From contig NC_043006.1 in assembly GCF_006345805.1 (NCBI RefSeq), positions 37,572,001-37,636,000 on the forward strand: a DNA stretch of 64,000 nt. Direction: 5' to 3'. Below are positions 52,751 through 64,000 of the stretch, piece after piece. Position 1 is the stretch's first letter. Every line of letters begins with the position of its first letter. A program made the translations under genes and the position numbers. Below the pieces are notes generated by a model. The model was given only the letters and a program-made list of their open reading frames with translations. It had not been told where the DNA came from and did not search any database. Origin of the DNA: Octopus sinensis. Its lineage: Eukaryota.

Positions 52751-53369
52751 CACTAATATAATTAACAAATAATTTACGGACCAGGGAGGCAATCGAAACC
52801 ACAAACCAATTCTACAACACAGAAATACTCCCTTTAATGTAAAGTTAACACTCTGAGCCATTCTAAGTCCAAAAAAAACTATATCTGGTTTGTCATTCCT
52901 TTCGGGAAACAAATCATGTCTAATCTCCCTTTACAGTTCCGTGAAGCCGTAGCTAGAAACTTTCCCAGGAATTCTAGGTATTACTCTACTATCAATTCGC
53001 ATACTCCAACACTAGAAATCTATCGCAGATAATAGCCTCCCATAATAATAAGCTGCTAAATAAGGACTCATCATCCAGGAGTAGCGACACTGCCCTTACC
53101 AATTCCAACCTAACATACAATAATAATAATATTATTGATATTATTAATATAATAATAATATTATTGATATTAGCAACATTCATAGCAGCATTGGCGTTAA
53201 CAATAGTAATAATGATAATAACATTAGCCGGATTATTAACAGTGGTGGTGTTAGTGGTAATAGTAACAGCATTTCTAATAACAGTTGTATTATTGATGAT
53301 AACAATCACAGCATTCCTATAGTCAGAAAAATTGCCGACGATATTACAGTTAATAGTAATGATAATAAG

Positions 53370-53861
53370 ATGAATAGTATCGTGGCCAATACTAGCAAAA
53401 ATATTTACACCTATCATAACAATAAAAACTCTGTCTTAGTATCGGAGGTTAACCCCAACAGATTAAAGTTCTTATCCAAAAATTCCAAAATTAGAAACAC
53501 CATTTACCAGTGCAAAATTTCTTCTGGAACCGATGTCTTCTTCTACATTGGAGCAACTTCTTCTAAATTAGCACAAAGGATCTCCAACCATTATTCAACT
53601 TTCCGAGATAAGAGAAAACAACACAGCAAGGGACTAAGTAAATTAGTTTGGCGTATGAAGAACAGCAATACAACTTTCAAGCTGGAATGGTCCATATTGT
53701 CGGTGTCCTTTCCGTTTGATAAGGGCAGAAAACTTTGTGGCATCTGTAATTCCGAACTTTTCCATATTTTGTTCGCCAAAGTCCCTTTAATAAATACTAT
53801 CGTCGAGAGGTCATACAGGTGCATGCACTGGCAAAAACACACCTTTCACTCATATGAATAA
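53370..53861 (+). pseudogene. PLE GIY-YIG endonuclease domain
   Basis: IYQ..YIG motif, conserved R and NH, C-terminal CxxC and CxH. Confidence 0.88.
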
Positions 53862-54334
53862 TGATTAATATAGATGACTAAAACAAGTAAAAGATAGTGA
53901 TTACTTAATTTTATTTCATTAACAAGTGTTTGTTTTAACATACTTACCGTCCCCTTGTTATCGCCGCCTCTACATCCTGTATAACTAGTTTTGATCCTTT
54001 TAACGGGGCTCTTCAGTGGAAAGGCTGCTTGTTGAGAAGTTCCTACCGTTCCACGCATCATCTGTTTTAGCTCGACGCTGTGATTAACATCTCTCATTTC
54101 CTTAACGTTAATTGTCATAATAAATAATTTAGTGTCTAATTAACCCTAGGATAATGTCTTTTATTTCACCTCATTCGACACCAGTGATTCTCACCCGTTT
54201 TTACCGATGGACCCTTTTCATGCCGATTTCACTGGGATGGATCCTCAGTGTTTAAAAAAATCCCGTTATATTTTTATAATTAAATATTATTAGGGATTGT
54301 ATAAAAATTAATTAAAATATTTTGTGTGTACTGT

Positions 54335-54895
54335 ACATGCACAGTATAAAATTAATGGCGGAACTCGAAGCAATCCAACGAAGCTACACAAAGGAAATCG
54401 TCTCAACGCAACATATCAGCTACAGGGAAAGATTGAAAGAGTTAAAACTCTTCTCCCTAGAACAAAGGCGGGAAAGATATGCAGTGATTTACATCTGGGG
54501 AATCCTGGAAGGCTTTATATCAAACTTTGACATTGAAAATTACACAAACAGCAGAACGAGGTGCCACTGCATAGTGCCAAAGATCCCAGCATCACTATCA
54601 AAATACAGCCTCGATGTTGCAATAGCTTCGGTTTCAAAAACCCACAGCTCTTTAATATCCTTCCAAAATGCCTGAGAGACCTGTATGGTATGAATGTAGG
54701 TGTTTTCAAAACAAAATTGGATGTCCAGAGTTCCCGAGGTGCCTACCTCACTGCAGGAAACATAGATGAGAGCATCAGAGTCAAACTCCCTCATTCACTA
54801 AATGCCACATCTCAGAGGAGGCTTCAAATAACGGTGTAGCACAGTTAACTGTGTTGCCCCAGCATTACTGCAGCTTTAAAGCTGAAACAATTTAA
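54335..54895 (+). mobile_element. CR1-like LINE 3' fragment
   Basis: LEAIQRSYTK..SYRERLKELKLFSLEQRRERY..IYIWGILEG and NSFGFKNPQLFNILPKCLRDL..FKTKLD. Confidence 0.85.
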
Positions 54896-54906
54896 GAAAA
54901 TATATG

Positions 54907-54941
<35 letters not shown>

Positions 54942-54983
54942 TATATATATATAGAAATTCGGGGTGAATACTTGATAATTGTG

Positions 54984-55027
<44 letters not shown>

Positions 55028-55087
55028 TATATATTATATATGCATATAATTTTCTTTAATTTCTTTAATTAACACTTGTTAATGGAT

Positions 55088-55124
<37 letters not shown>

Positions 55125-55178
55125 TCAATATTAGAGAGGAAATAGTCAGAGACTATTGTTGAATATATATATATATTA

Positions 55179-55220
<42 letters not shown>

Positions 55221-55231
55221 AGAGACTGTTG

Positions 55232-55268
<37 letters not shown>

Positions 55269-55451
55269 CAAATAATTAGATCCAGTTGAATTAGGTACTT
55301 AAATTGAGATACCAAGCCAATTCGGTATAGTCCTTGCAACTCAAAGTTAGGTGAATTAAAAGGAATAAGTAACAAGTATATCGATTAAATGGAGCGCTTA
55401 AAATGGCCGTAACGCACTGATACCTGGACATCCTTGTTAATTATTTGCTTT

Positions 55452-55494
<43 letters not shown>

Positions 55495-55495
55495 G

Positions 55496-55537
<42 letters not shown>

Positions 55538-55546
55538 TTGTATATA

Positions 55547-55752
55547 CAAAAGTCTGTGAAAAGTCTGGCTGCATCCGAAAAAATATATATTATGAAACAA
55601 AAATAACCAAAATTTATTACACGAATCTGCTAATTTCACGTGTAAACATGTGTTGAATAGAACTCACTGAATAAATCTTAATTAACTGTGTTGTCAATTA
55701 TATGCACCTGACATATGCCAACGTTTATGCAGCCAGATTTTTCACACAGAGG
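55547..55752. mobile_element. small MITE with ~22-bp TIR
   Basis: CTGTGAAAAGTCTGGCTGCAT ... ATGCAGCCAGATTTTTCACACAG. Confidence 0.6.
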
Positions 55753-55769
55753 ATATATATCTATATATA

Positions 55770-55807
<38 letters not shown>

Positions 55808-56259
55808 ATATATATATATTATATATATATTATATATATATATATATCTATATTATATATATATCAATGTGTGTGTGTGTGTATTTATGGTGTTTTCTGT
55901 TAAAAGCGTAGTCGAGTATAGTATAAAACTCGTTCGCCTCCAGAGGTACCCTGTGCTATCCAACTATATCTACCTAAACATATACGCACACACATATATA
56001 GAGGAATAGATTTATACACATATATATATAATAGAAATATTAAAATTACTAAGTCTCTCTAAAAGAGATTACGGCAGCGTTACTGGAAATTAATAGTTAT
56101 CGCCATTCTAATATGGCAATATTATAAATATAAGACTAAAGCTGTTGATGATTAGCTCCAAGAGGCCACCGCCTAAAGCTAGCTATTTGACACACAATCT
56201 GCGTCCATTATAGACTTTCGAACAGGGGAGGTCAGCCGCTTAATCCTGCTAGTCAGACA

Positions 56260-56302
56260 GCTGCAGACGCGTTTCAGGGTAGTTGCCCTTTATCAATGCA
56301 GC
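56260..56302 (-). ncRNA. minimal type I hammerhead with U3-A8 variant core, family C
   Basis: Minus strand GCTGCA-TTGATAA-AGGG-CAACTA-CCCT-GAAA-CGCG-TC-TGCAGC; 6-bp helix I, 4-bp helix II, palindrome ACGCGT, GUC site. Confidence 0.75.
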
Positions 56303-56332
56303 GTAATCCTATATATATATACACACACACAC

Positions 56333-56372
<40 letters not shown>

Positions 56373-56396
56373 TGTATATATATATGTATGTGTATG

Positions 56397-56439
<43 letters not shown>

Positions 56440-56559
56440 ATATATGTATGTATATACAGATATATATATATAAGATTGCCATATTAGTATGACGATAACT
56501 ATTAATTTCATATATATATAATCATACATTTACAATATTTGCAGATATACTTTTCTACT

Positions 56560-56745
56560 CTAGGCACAAAACCAGAAATTGTGGAAGAGGGGCCAGTCGT
56601 TTAGATCGACTCCAGTACGCAACTGGTACTTAATTTATCGACTCTGAAAAGATGAAACGCGAAGTCGGTGGAATTTGAACTCAGAGCGTAGACAGACGAA
56701 AAGACAGACGCCCAGCGCGCTAACGTGTCTACCAGTTCGCCGTCC
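56560..56745 (-). mobile_element. S1 SINE, deleted
   Basis: Reverse complement of S1 head, core and tail. Confidence 0.75.
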
Positions 56746-56814
<69 letters not shown>

Positions 56815-56863
56815 ATATATATATATATTATATGTATGTATGTATATATATAGTATATATATA

Positions 56864-56899
<36 letters not shown>

Positions 56900-57020
56900 A
56901 ATATACAGATATATATATAGTGTGTAATATACAGATATATATATATATTATTTATGATATTTATACATACTTATATATATATATATATGGCAGCATATAC
57001 ATACACGTACGTATGTATAT

Positions 57021-57053
<33 letters not shown>

Positions 57054-57814
57054 ATGTATATAATGAGAACAACATATAAATGCATATAGGTGTGCGTGTG
57101 CGTGTAAGAATGTGTGTGTGTCTGTGTGTATATACTGTTTTAGAGTCCTTGGGGTGTGTAAGATTTCTCCCGAGTGACTCACATGAAACTAGGATGTGAA
57201 GAGTCTACAGTGAACCTATGACACTTTTATGGACGCTGAGCGAACTGTTCGCTTGAAGCGTCGTAAAAAAAAGCTGAATAGAAAGTGCGTTGAATCATGC
57301 TTTCCTTTATGACTTTCGATTTATTAACATGTTTCTTAATTATGTATGTTGTGTAATACATTCCAGTTACGTAAAATGCCACGAATCCAGACATATTACT
57401 GTTGTTTCTTTTGCTGTTGTTGTTGTTGTTGTCGTTGCCGTTAGAGTCGTCCATTGTTCATGTTGTTCTCCTTCATAATGCTTACGTCTCTATGAACCAA
57501 ATCAATGACACCAAAAGTGCTTCACCCGGGGTTTTGAGACAGAATGGTTTACTTTCTCTAGCAGCCCAAGCAGCTACAGTTCCCCGGGTTTACACACACA
57601 TACACACACACACGCACGCGCGCGCGCGCACAAACACACACACACATTGGTGGTCCTTTACATGGAATTTCCTGTTTTTTTAACCAACTCCCTGAAAAGG
57701 TTTGTATATATAGATAGGAATTTCTTATAAATCAACTAATGTAGTCGAAACAAATTGTTGGCTTTATATGAGTTTTTAAAAATAATTTGCTGTTATATTA
57801 TATTTTTATAGTAT

Positions 57815-58113
57815 ACTAGCGGTATCGCCCGGCGTTGCTCGGGTTTGTAAGGGAAATAACTATATAAGCATTTTTAGAGAGTTACTTCCCTTATATAATA
57901 GCAAAAAAAATGCATTAAAATGGAAAAAAATTATGGTAAATCTTTTTTAAATCGTAGACTCATCGTAGACGCGCGCTAATACCCAGAGGGCTCGATATGA
58001 ATCACGACTATAAGATACCCGGTTTTGGTTAAACTGCACCGCAAAATGTGGGAGTAGTTAGGAATCTAAATCGTAGGAGACAGACACACAACTTCACTTT
58101 TATATATAAAGAT
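57815..58113 (+). mobile_element. H1 Helentron-like copy with internal deletion
   Basis: Same termini as 4328-4842, lacking ~215 bp of the middle. Confidence 0.55.
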
Positions 58114-58288
58114 ATATATGCAAACCCGTATATAATAGGTGGGAAAACTATTATATACATTATATTATTCTTGTAATTTACTTAATCTTTACTTTTTAAT
58201 TATTATTTTAATTTTAACTTTTCTATTATATGTAATTTTTTAGATGGTGTAATTTAGTTATTCATTTTGAATTGATAAAAGGTGGTCT

Positions 58289-58495
58289 TGTGACCTCATG
58301 TGTACCGTCGGCGATTTTTTTTCCTCTGCCTTCCCTTCTCTGGATATTTCCTTCTCCTATGTTTCTGACGAAGAGCTCCGCTCGAAACGTTAAACCCTCC
58401 TTCTTTCCTTCTTTCCTGAGCGTCCAATAATACTATATTTGTTCCACGTCCTCGCGTTGTTGTGTTTTTTTGTGCTTTCTTGTTTGGATTAACTT
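58289..58495 (+). mobile_element. ~205-bp family B element, copy 3
   Basis: TGTGACC..GTACCGTCGGCG 5' end, GTTTGGATTAACT-(TA)n 3' end. Confidence 0.85.
58361..58395 (+). ncRNA. minimal type I hammerhead motif, family B
   Basis: GTTT 58361-64, CTGACGA 58365-71, extra A, GAGC/GCTC, GAAA 58384-87, CG, TT, AAAC 58392-95; predicted GUU cut after 58391. Confidence 0.72.
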
Positions 58496-58727
58496 TATAT
58501 ATATATATGAGTGTATATATATTTGTATGTATATATCATACGCACACATGCGTGCAGTTTGGTATGCATATATGCTTGTAAACTGTCGTCTTTTTGCAGT
58601 CTCTATTACATTTTATTTTTCTTTCTCTCTGTATCCTTTTCTCTCTCTTTTTCTCCCTCTCACTTTCGTTCTCTCGCTCTCTCCCTCGCTCTGTGACACA
58701 CTCAGACAGACGGTCATCAATAAATGA

Positions 58728-58960
58728 AAAGGCGGCGAGCTGGCAGAAACGTTAGCACGCCGGGCGAAATGCGTAGCCGTATTTCGTCTGTCGTTAGGTT
58801 CTAAGTTCAAATTCCGCCAAGGCCGACTTGGCCTTTCATCCTTTCGGGGTCGATAAATTAAGTACTAGTTACGCACTGGGGTCGATGTAATCGACTTAAA
58901 CCGTTTGTCCTTGTTTGTCCTCTCTGTGTTTAGCCCCTTGTGGGTAGTAAAGAAATAGGT
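58728..58960 (+). mobile_element. S1 SINE
   Basis: Head and one core unit; TCATCAATAAATGAA is repeated at both flanks (likely TSD). Confidence 0.88.
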
Positions 58961-59087
58961 CATCAATAAATGAATAAAATAATATCTATTCGTACATGGA
59001 AAGCTTTTGAAAACAAGGTGGATACACTTGAATGATTACTTTGTATTACGACGTCATAAAATAACAAGTATAAAGATAGTAATAATG

Positions 59088-59157
<70 letters not shown>

Positions 59158-60404
59158 CGATACTGCAACAGTCATAAAATGACATAATTCTTTTCATATG
59201 TGAGAGAGATCCATACAAATAGAATGCCTCGACTTCGCGTGACGTACTAAACCTTTTTGGTACAGTTCACCTTTCAATTTTAGGTGTACAAGAAGGATTT
59301 GATAAGGCAACCGATTAAACCTCCTCATGTCACTCGGCCAGCTAGATATAACAACGAAATCACTTTCAGATTATACTCGACCGTTTTAATACAGTAGGCT
59401 ACATAGGGCAATATACATACATGCAACCAAACTTACATATACTTATGTATACATGCATATAACTATCTATGTTACACCAACAATAATGACACATACACAG
59501 GTTTAATTATACTTCCTTATTGTAAGCCAATTAGTTAAATTTCTTACCAATTAACTAATCAACCGTTTATTTAAGGTACTAGTTAAGCAATCAATGGATT
59601 GTTTGTCCGTCATAGTTCTTTCGCTGTTGTTCGCAACCTTTTCGGTGACCCATGACTCCCTACCCGCTCGAAACCGATTAATTGCTTTCGTCTTGAAAAC
59701 GATTAATTGGTCAAGCAACACGTTAAACAAACAATCGATTAGTTAGTTGGTTACATATGTAACCATTTGACTAGCAATAAAGAAGTGGAATTGAACTTGT
59801 GTGTATGTCATTATTATTGGCGTAATGACGGTCCCAAGACAACGAAATTTGTTTCAACATACGACTTCACATCCAGAATTGTGCTAATCAAATACAGAGA
59901 CTCAGTATGTGTGTGTGTGGGGGGGGGGGTATTTAGAAAGACAGACAGACAGATGGATCAAAAGGATGGGAAGAATTTGGTACTGGAGCAGAATGCTATT
60001 TGGTATAATTTTGTTTAGTAAAACTAATGCAAAATGAAGCATTGAGTTAACAAGAACATATGTGAGAACATTATAACTAACGGACGATTATTTCCTATAT
60101 CACATTGGAAGGGAGATACCACACCGATTGTTTCGTCGTCGTGTATTGCATTTTATGAACGTGACAGTAACAAAATCGACCTTTTCTAATCAATAATTAC
60201 AGATGTCGAAGTCACCATTGCGAATTAATAGTGAAACTCATCAAATCAGCAACGTAACGACTCTAAATTATCACGTGCTGCTTATTGATTATCACATTCA
60301 GAGTTAAAGTATCTTGGCTACAGTACAGTAGATATGCGAGCGTGATGCCCTCTAATCAAAGTCCTTTCAGTGTAATTATATATGGGTCTAAGGAAACGAG
60401 CTAG

Positions 60405-60590
60405 GTAATATGCTTAGCGACATTTCGTCTGTCTTTACGGTTTGAGTTCAAATTCCGCCGAGGTTGACTTTGTCTTTCATCCTTTACGGGATCGATAAAA
60501 TAAGTACCAGTTCAACACTGGTGTCAATGAAAACGACTTACCCACTGCCACCCCAAAATTGCTGGCGCTGTGCCAAAATTTGAAACCAAC
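60405..60590 (+). mobile_element. S1 SINE, diverged
   Basis: Core and CCAAAATTTGAAAC tail. Confidence 0.75.
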
Positions 60591-60680
60591 ATAACTTGTT
60601 AATTTCGGATGTAAATAAGGGACCCCACTTAACTCTGTCATCACTATGCAGTACTTTAAATGAGCCCCTATTTCAGTATA

Positions 60681-60925
60681 GTGGAGGCACGTGGCTTAGT
60701 CGTTAGGGTGTTGGACTCATGATCGTAAGATTGTGGTTTCGATTCCTGGACCGGGCGACGCGTTGTGTTCTTGAGCAAAACACTTCATTTACGTTGACCC
60801 AGTCCAAGTCCACTCAGCAGGCAAATGTGAGTAACCTTCGACAGACCGGCGTCCTGTCCAGGTGGGGAATGCATATACCATGAAACCGGGAAGCTGGCCC
60901 TTATGAGTCGGTATGACTAGAAAAG
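60681..60925 (+). mobile_element. S3-related SINE
   Basis: GTGGAGGCACGTGGCTTAGT head, TGTGTTCTTGAGCAAAACAC core. Confidence 0.75.
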
Positions 60926-62144
60926 GTAATTTTACCTTTTTTTTTTCTTTTTTTTTTTACCAATTTCAGTATTCTAACTACTAGTTCATGCGCCTTCACG
61001 TCTTGAGATTGTGGTTTCGATTATTACCGAGTGTGTAGTTGGAATCGCAGCCAAATTTTTTGTGACACTTTTGGGGGTAAAACATGCGTTCTCTTTGCCA
61101 TCAAATCCGGTATGTATATAAGATAGAATGGGCTGTTTCTCGAGATTGATTTTGATGTCGTTACAGAGACATGATATCAGTTCACCGATGCGAATTGTAA
61201 CCTCTAATGAATATATTCATTCATTTCACATGAATACCTGAAATATCACTGAGAGTGGAGTTCCAATCGCAACCATACTCTTAATTTTAAATAAATATTT
61301 TAATAAACTATACAAATGTATTGAGTACATTTTCTCTTTCCCTAACAAACTATGACATGCGTGAGAGTATGTGTGTGTAAGCTAAGCCACCAAGCTAATC
61401 AGTGGAGTTTTTATTTTGTTATTGTTTTTAATTGTTTTTTTTTTTGCTTCATTTAAAGAATTGATTATTTCCTATTTTTATTATTTTTTTTGTTCATATA
61501 TTTTTTTCCACTTCCCAAAACGTTTCCATATACTTTAGGTAATTCCTGTGTTCTTCCTCTGGGGAGGAACGGGCTACTATTTTCAAAGACAACTTGATGG
61601 TTTAAATACACAGGCTGTCTAGTAAAGTGAGCATCGATCTTTTGGATTTTTTTTCTTCTTTTTTTCAGTTTTTAATTTCTAATTTTATTATTCGGCAACG
61701 TACGTTCTGAGGTGTCGGTAAAATGTGAAATTTGACGCTAACACATACGAGTGCAATACACACAGATACAGACTTATTACACGTACTAATACAGACTGGT
61801 GTGTGTGTTTGTGTGTGGGGGGAAGCATACATGTACAGTCGTACAAACATACACACGCACATGCACCATACAGATACAAACACACACATATATGTATGCA
61901 TGTGTGTGTGTATGTACGTACCTATGTATGTATCTACATGCAAAATCATATCATACACGTACAAACAAGTACACATGTATATATATACACGAAGACAGCA
62001 CATACAAAGAGACACACAACCACATACTAATTCATACATACATATATGCACACATGCATACACACATACATACATACATACATGCATATATACATACATA
62101 CATGCATACGTGCATATATATATATATATATATATTGTTTGTGT

Positions 62145-62265
62145 CTTCGTAACTTAGCGGTTCGGGAAAAGGAACCGATAGAATAAGTACTAGGCTTACA
62201 AAGAATAAGTCCTTGGGTCGATTTGTTCGATTAAAGGCGATGCACCAGCATGGCCGTCGTCAAAT

Positions 62266-62268
<3 letters not shown>
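62145..62268 (+). mobile_element. S2 SINE 3' half
   Basis: GTAACTTAGCGGTTCGG..GATAGAATAAGTACTAGGCTTACAAAG. Confidence 0.8.
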
Positions 62269-62346
<78 letters not shown>

Positions 62347-62524
62347 GCACATTTATGCACACACTTGCAAATACATGCATACACACATACACACAGTAAC
62401 AAAGAGCCTCCGCGTGTGTTGGCGCTCATATTAATAGAGTGTCATAATCGCACGCAGTACCATAAACACACATACACACACTAATATATAAGCACTCATG
62501 TGTGTATATATATGTGTATGTTTT

Positions 62525-62571
<47 letters not shown>

Positions 62572-62778
62572 GCACACACACACAAGACGACACTGCTCAC
62601 ACATTGGCATCAAGACATATAACTCTGCGCCTATCAGTCATACGTACTCTATATACACGCACGATGTAATTATTGTAAATCACAGATCACACATTTATGA
62701 ATTTATACACGCGCGTATGCTCGTGTAAATGACTGACACAAAGGTGTGTGCTTGTGTTTGCGTAATATATATTTGTGC

Positions 62779-62841
<63 letters not shown>

Positions 62842-63191
62842 ATATATATATGACACAAACACATACATACGCGCGTGTATATGTATATACGTGGCGTGTG
62901 TTTTTGTGTTTGTGTGTGTATGTGTGTGTGAGTGTGTGTGTGTGTGTGAGAGAGAGAGAGTGTGTGTTTGTGTATGTGTATGTGTATGTGTGATACATTT
63001 GAAAAAGAATTACTTCTAATTGATGCATTCGTTACATTAAAAGAAGAATGGTGCGTGCGTGCGTGTGTATGTGTAGAGAGAGAGAGGGAGAAAGAGAGAA
63101 AGAGAGAGAGAAAGCGAAGTAAATAGCTAGAAAGATATATAGATATATAGATATATCTATCTACAAACATATACATACATACATACATACA

Positions 63192-63222
<31 letters not shown>

Positions 63223-63718
63223 TTACATCTGCTCACTGGCGTACACAAGCTTTTATATCTAGTTATAGCAGCATTAGGAGTGTTTGTTTTGACGCTTTTA
63301 TGTATTATAGAATACATCGATAGCTGTTTAGCTACACCGTAAGCACACGTAAGCACAAAATCGTTATATAGAATACTTTTGTTGACATTAATCTATTAAT
63401 CGAACTATCTTTGCATACAAATTAAACCTGTCCCATTTAGTCAACGTGGATTTATTAGCAATTTCTCTGTTGTCAGTTAATCGCTAGTGAAATTTCAATA
63501 CATACGAACATGGTAGTTGCTTCATCTTCACAGACGATTGCCGTCTCCCTGAGCTTCGTCGGTTGTCAATGGCATTTCTGACTTTCTGTCTATGACTTCT
63601 CCGATCACCATTCACTCTCGCTGCAGACCTGCATAATGTGAAGCATAGGTGACAGACGACACTTGTAACTTGCTCTGAATTGATCGGATCACTCTATAAG
63701 CTATAATCCCCGTGAGCC

Positions 63719-63938
63719 GCCATATGTCTCTTCAGTCTCAAAATCGACTTGCATGCCCTTTTCTTCTTTATTTATTGCCCACAAGGGGCTAACGCTAGAA
63801 GGGACAAATAAGGACAGACAAAGAGATTGCCATATGTCTCTTCAGTCTCAAAATCGACTTGCATGCCCTTTTCTTCTTTATTTATTGCCCACAAGGGGCT
63901 AACGCTAGAAGGGACAAATAAGGACAGACAAAGAGATT
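63719..63938 (+). repeat. perfect 110-bp direct tandem duplication overlapping the end of a minus-strand S1 SINE that runs off the window
   Basis: 63719-63828 is identical to 63829-63938 by eye. Confidence 0.9.
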
Positions 63939-64000
63939 AAGTTGATTACATCGACCCCAGTGCGTAACTGGTACTTAATTTATCAACCACGAAAGGATGA

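Larger units (their letters stand above)
52244..54300 (+). mobile_element. 5'-truncated Penelope-like element (RT C-terminal half, Asn-rich linker, GIY-YIG endonuclease)
   Basis: GLYRDD at 52271-52288, FLDVTLNL, YHKP, SNH, AL..AGY; IYQC..YIGAT..RISNH..LSKLVW..W.I..CGIC..CMH; frame interrupted; 3' limit approximate. Confidence 0.88.

Noticed and set aside
53977-54025. Minus-strand CTGAAGA-GCCCC..AAAACTAGT motif in the PLE 3' region
   Set aside because: G12 is missing, helices I and II are mostly mismatched, and it is antisense to the ORF
54220-54260. Minus-strand CTGAGGA..GAAA motif
   Set aside because: No helix II pairing and G at position 17

Overview
AT-rich eukaryotic DNA that is almost entirely repeats: dense (TA)n/(CA)n/(CATA)n/(GATA)n microsatellites, three abundant tRNA-derived SINE families, decayed Tc1/mariner/maT transposons, MITEs, Helentron-like elements, CR1-like and RTE-like LINE scraps, a Gypsy remnant and several Penelope-like elements (PLEs). 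The repeat repertoire resembles what I recall from Octopus genomes (inference, not checked). No host protein-coding gene can be confirmed. Almost all supplied ORFs are microsatellite or low-complexity artefacts, the real coding remnants are transposon-derived, and three weak candidate exons are flagged. The main unannotated signal is a set of type I hammerhead ribozyme motifs folded by hand: 8 motifs in 3 distinct families, plus relics. Family A has a long helix II and occurs 4 times as inverted pairs in PLE pseudo-LTRs; one arm ends exactly at the predicted cleavage site. Family B is a 35-nt minimal motif in three ~205-bp non-autonomous elements. Family C is a 43-nt motif with a compensatory U3-A8 core pair. 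All have a minimal, palindromic or near-palindromic helix III, as expected for dimer-dependent PLE/retrozyme hammerheads. Activity is untested.
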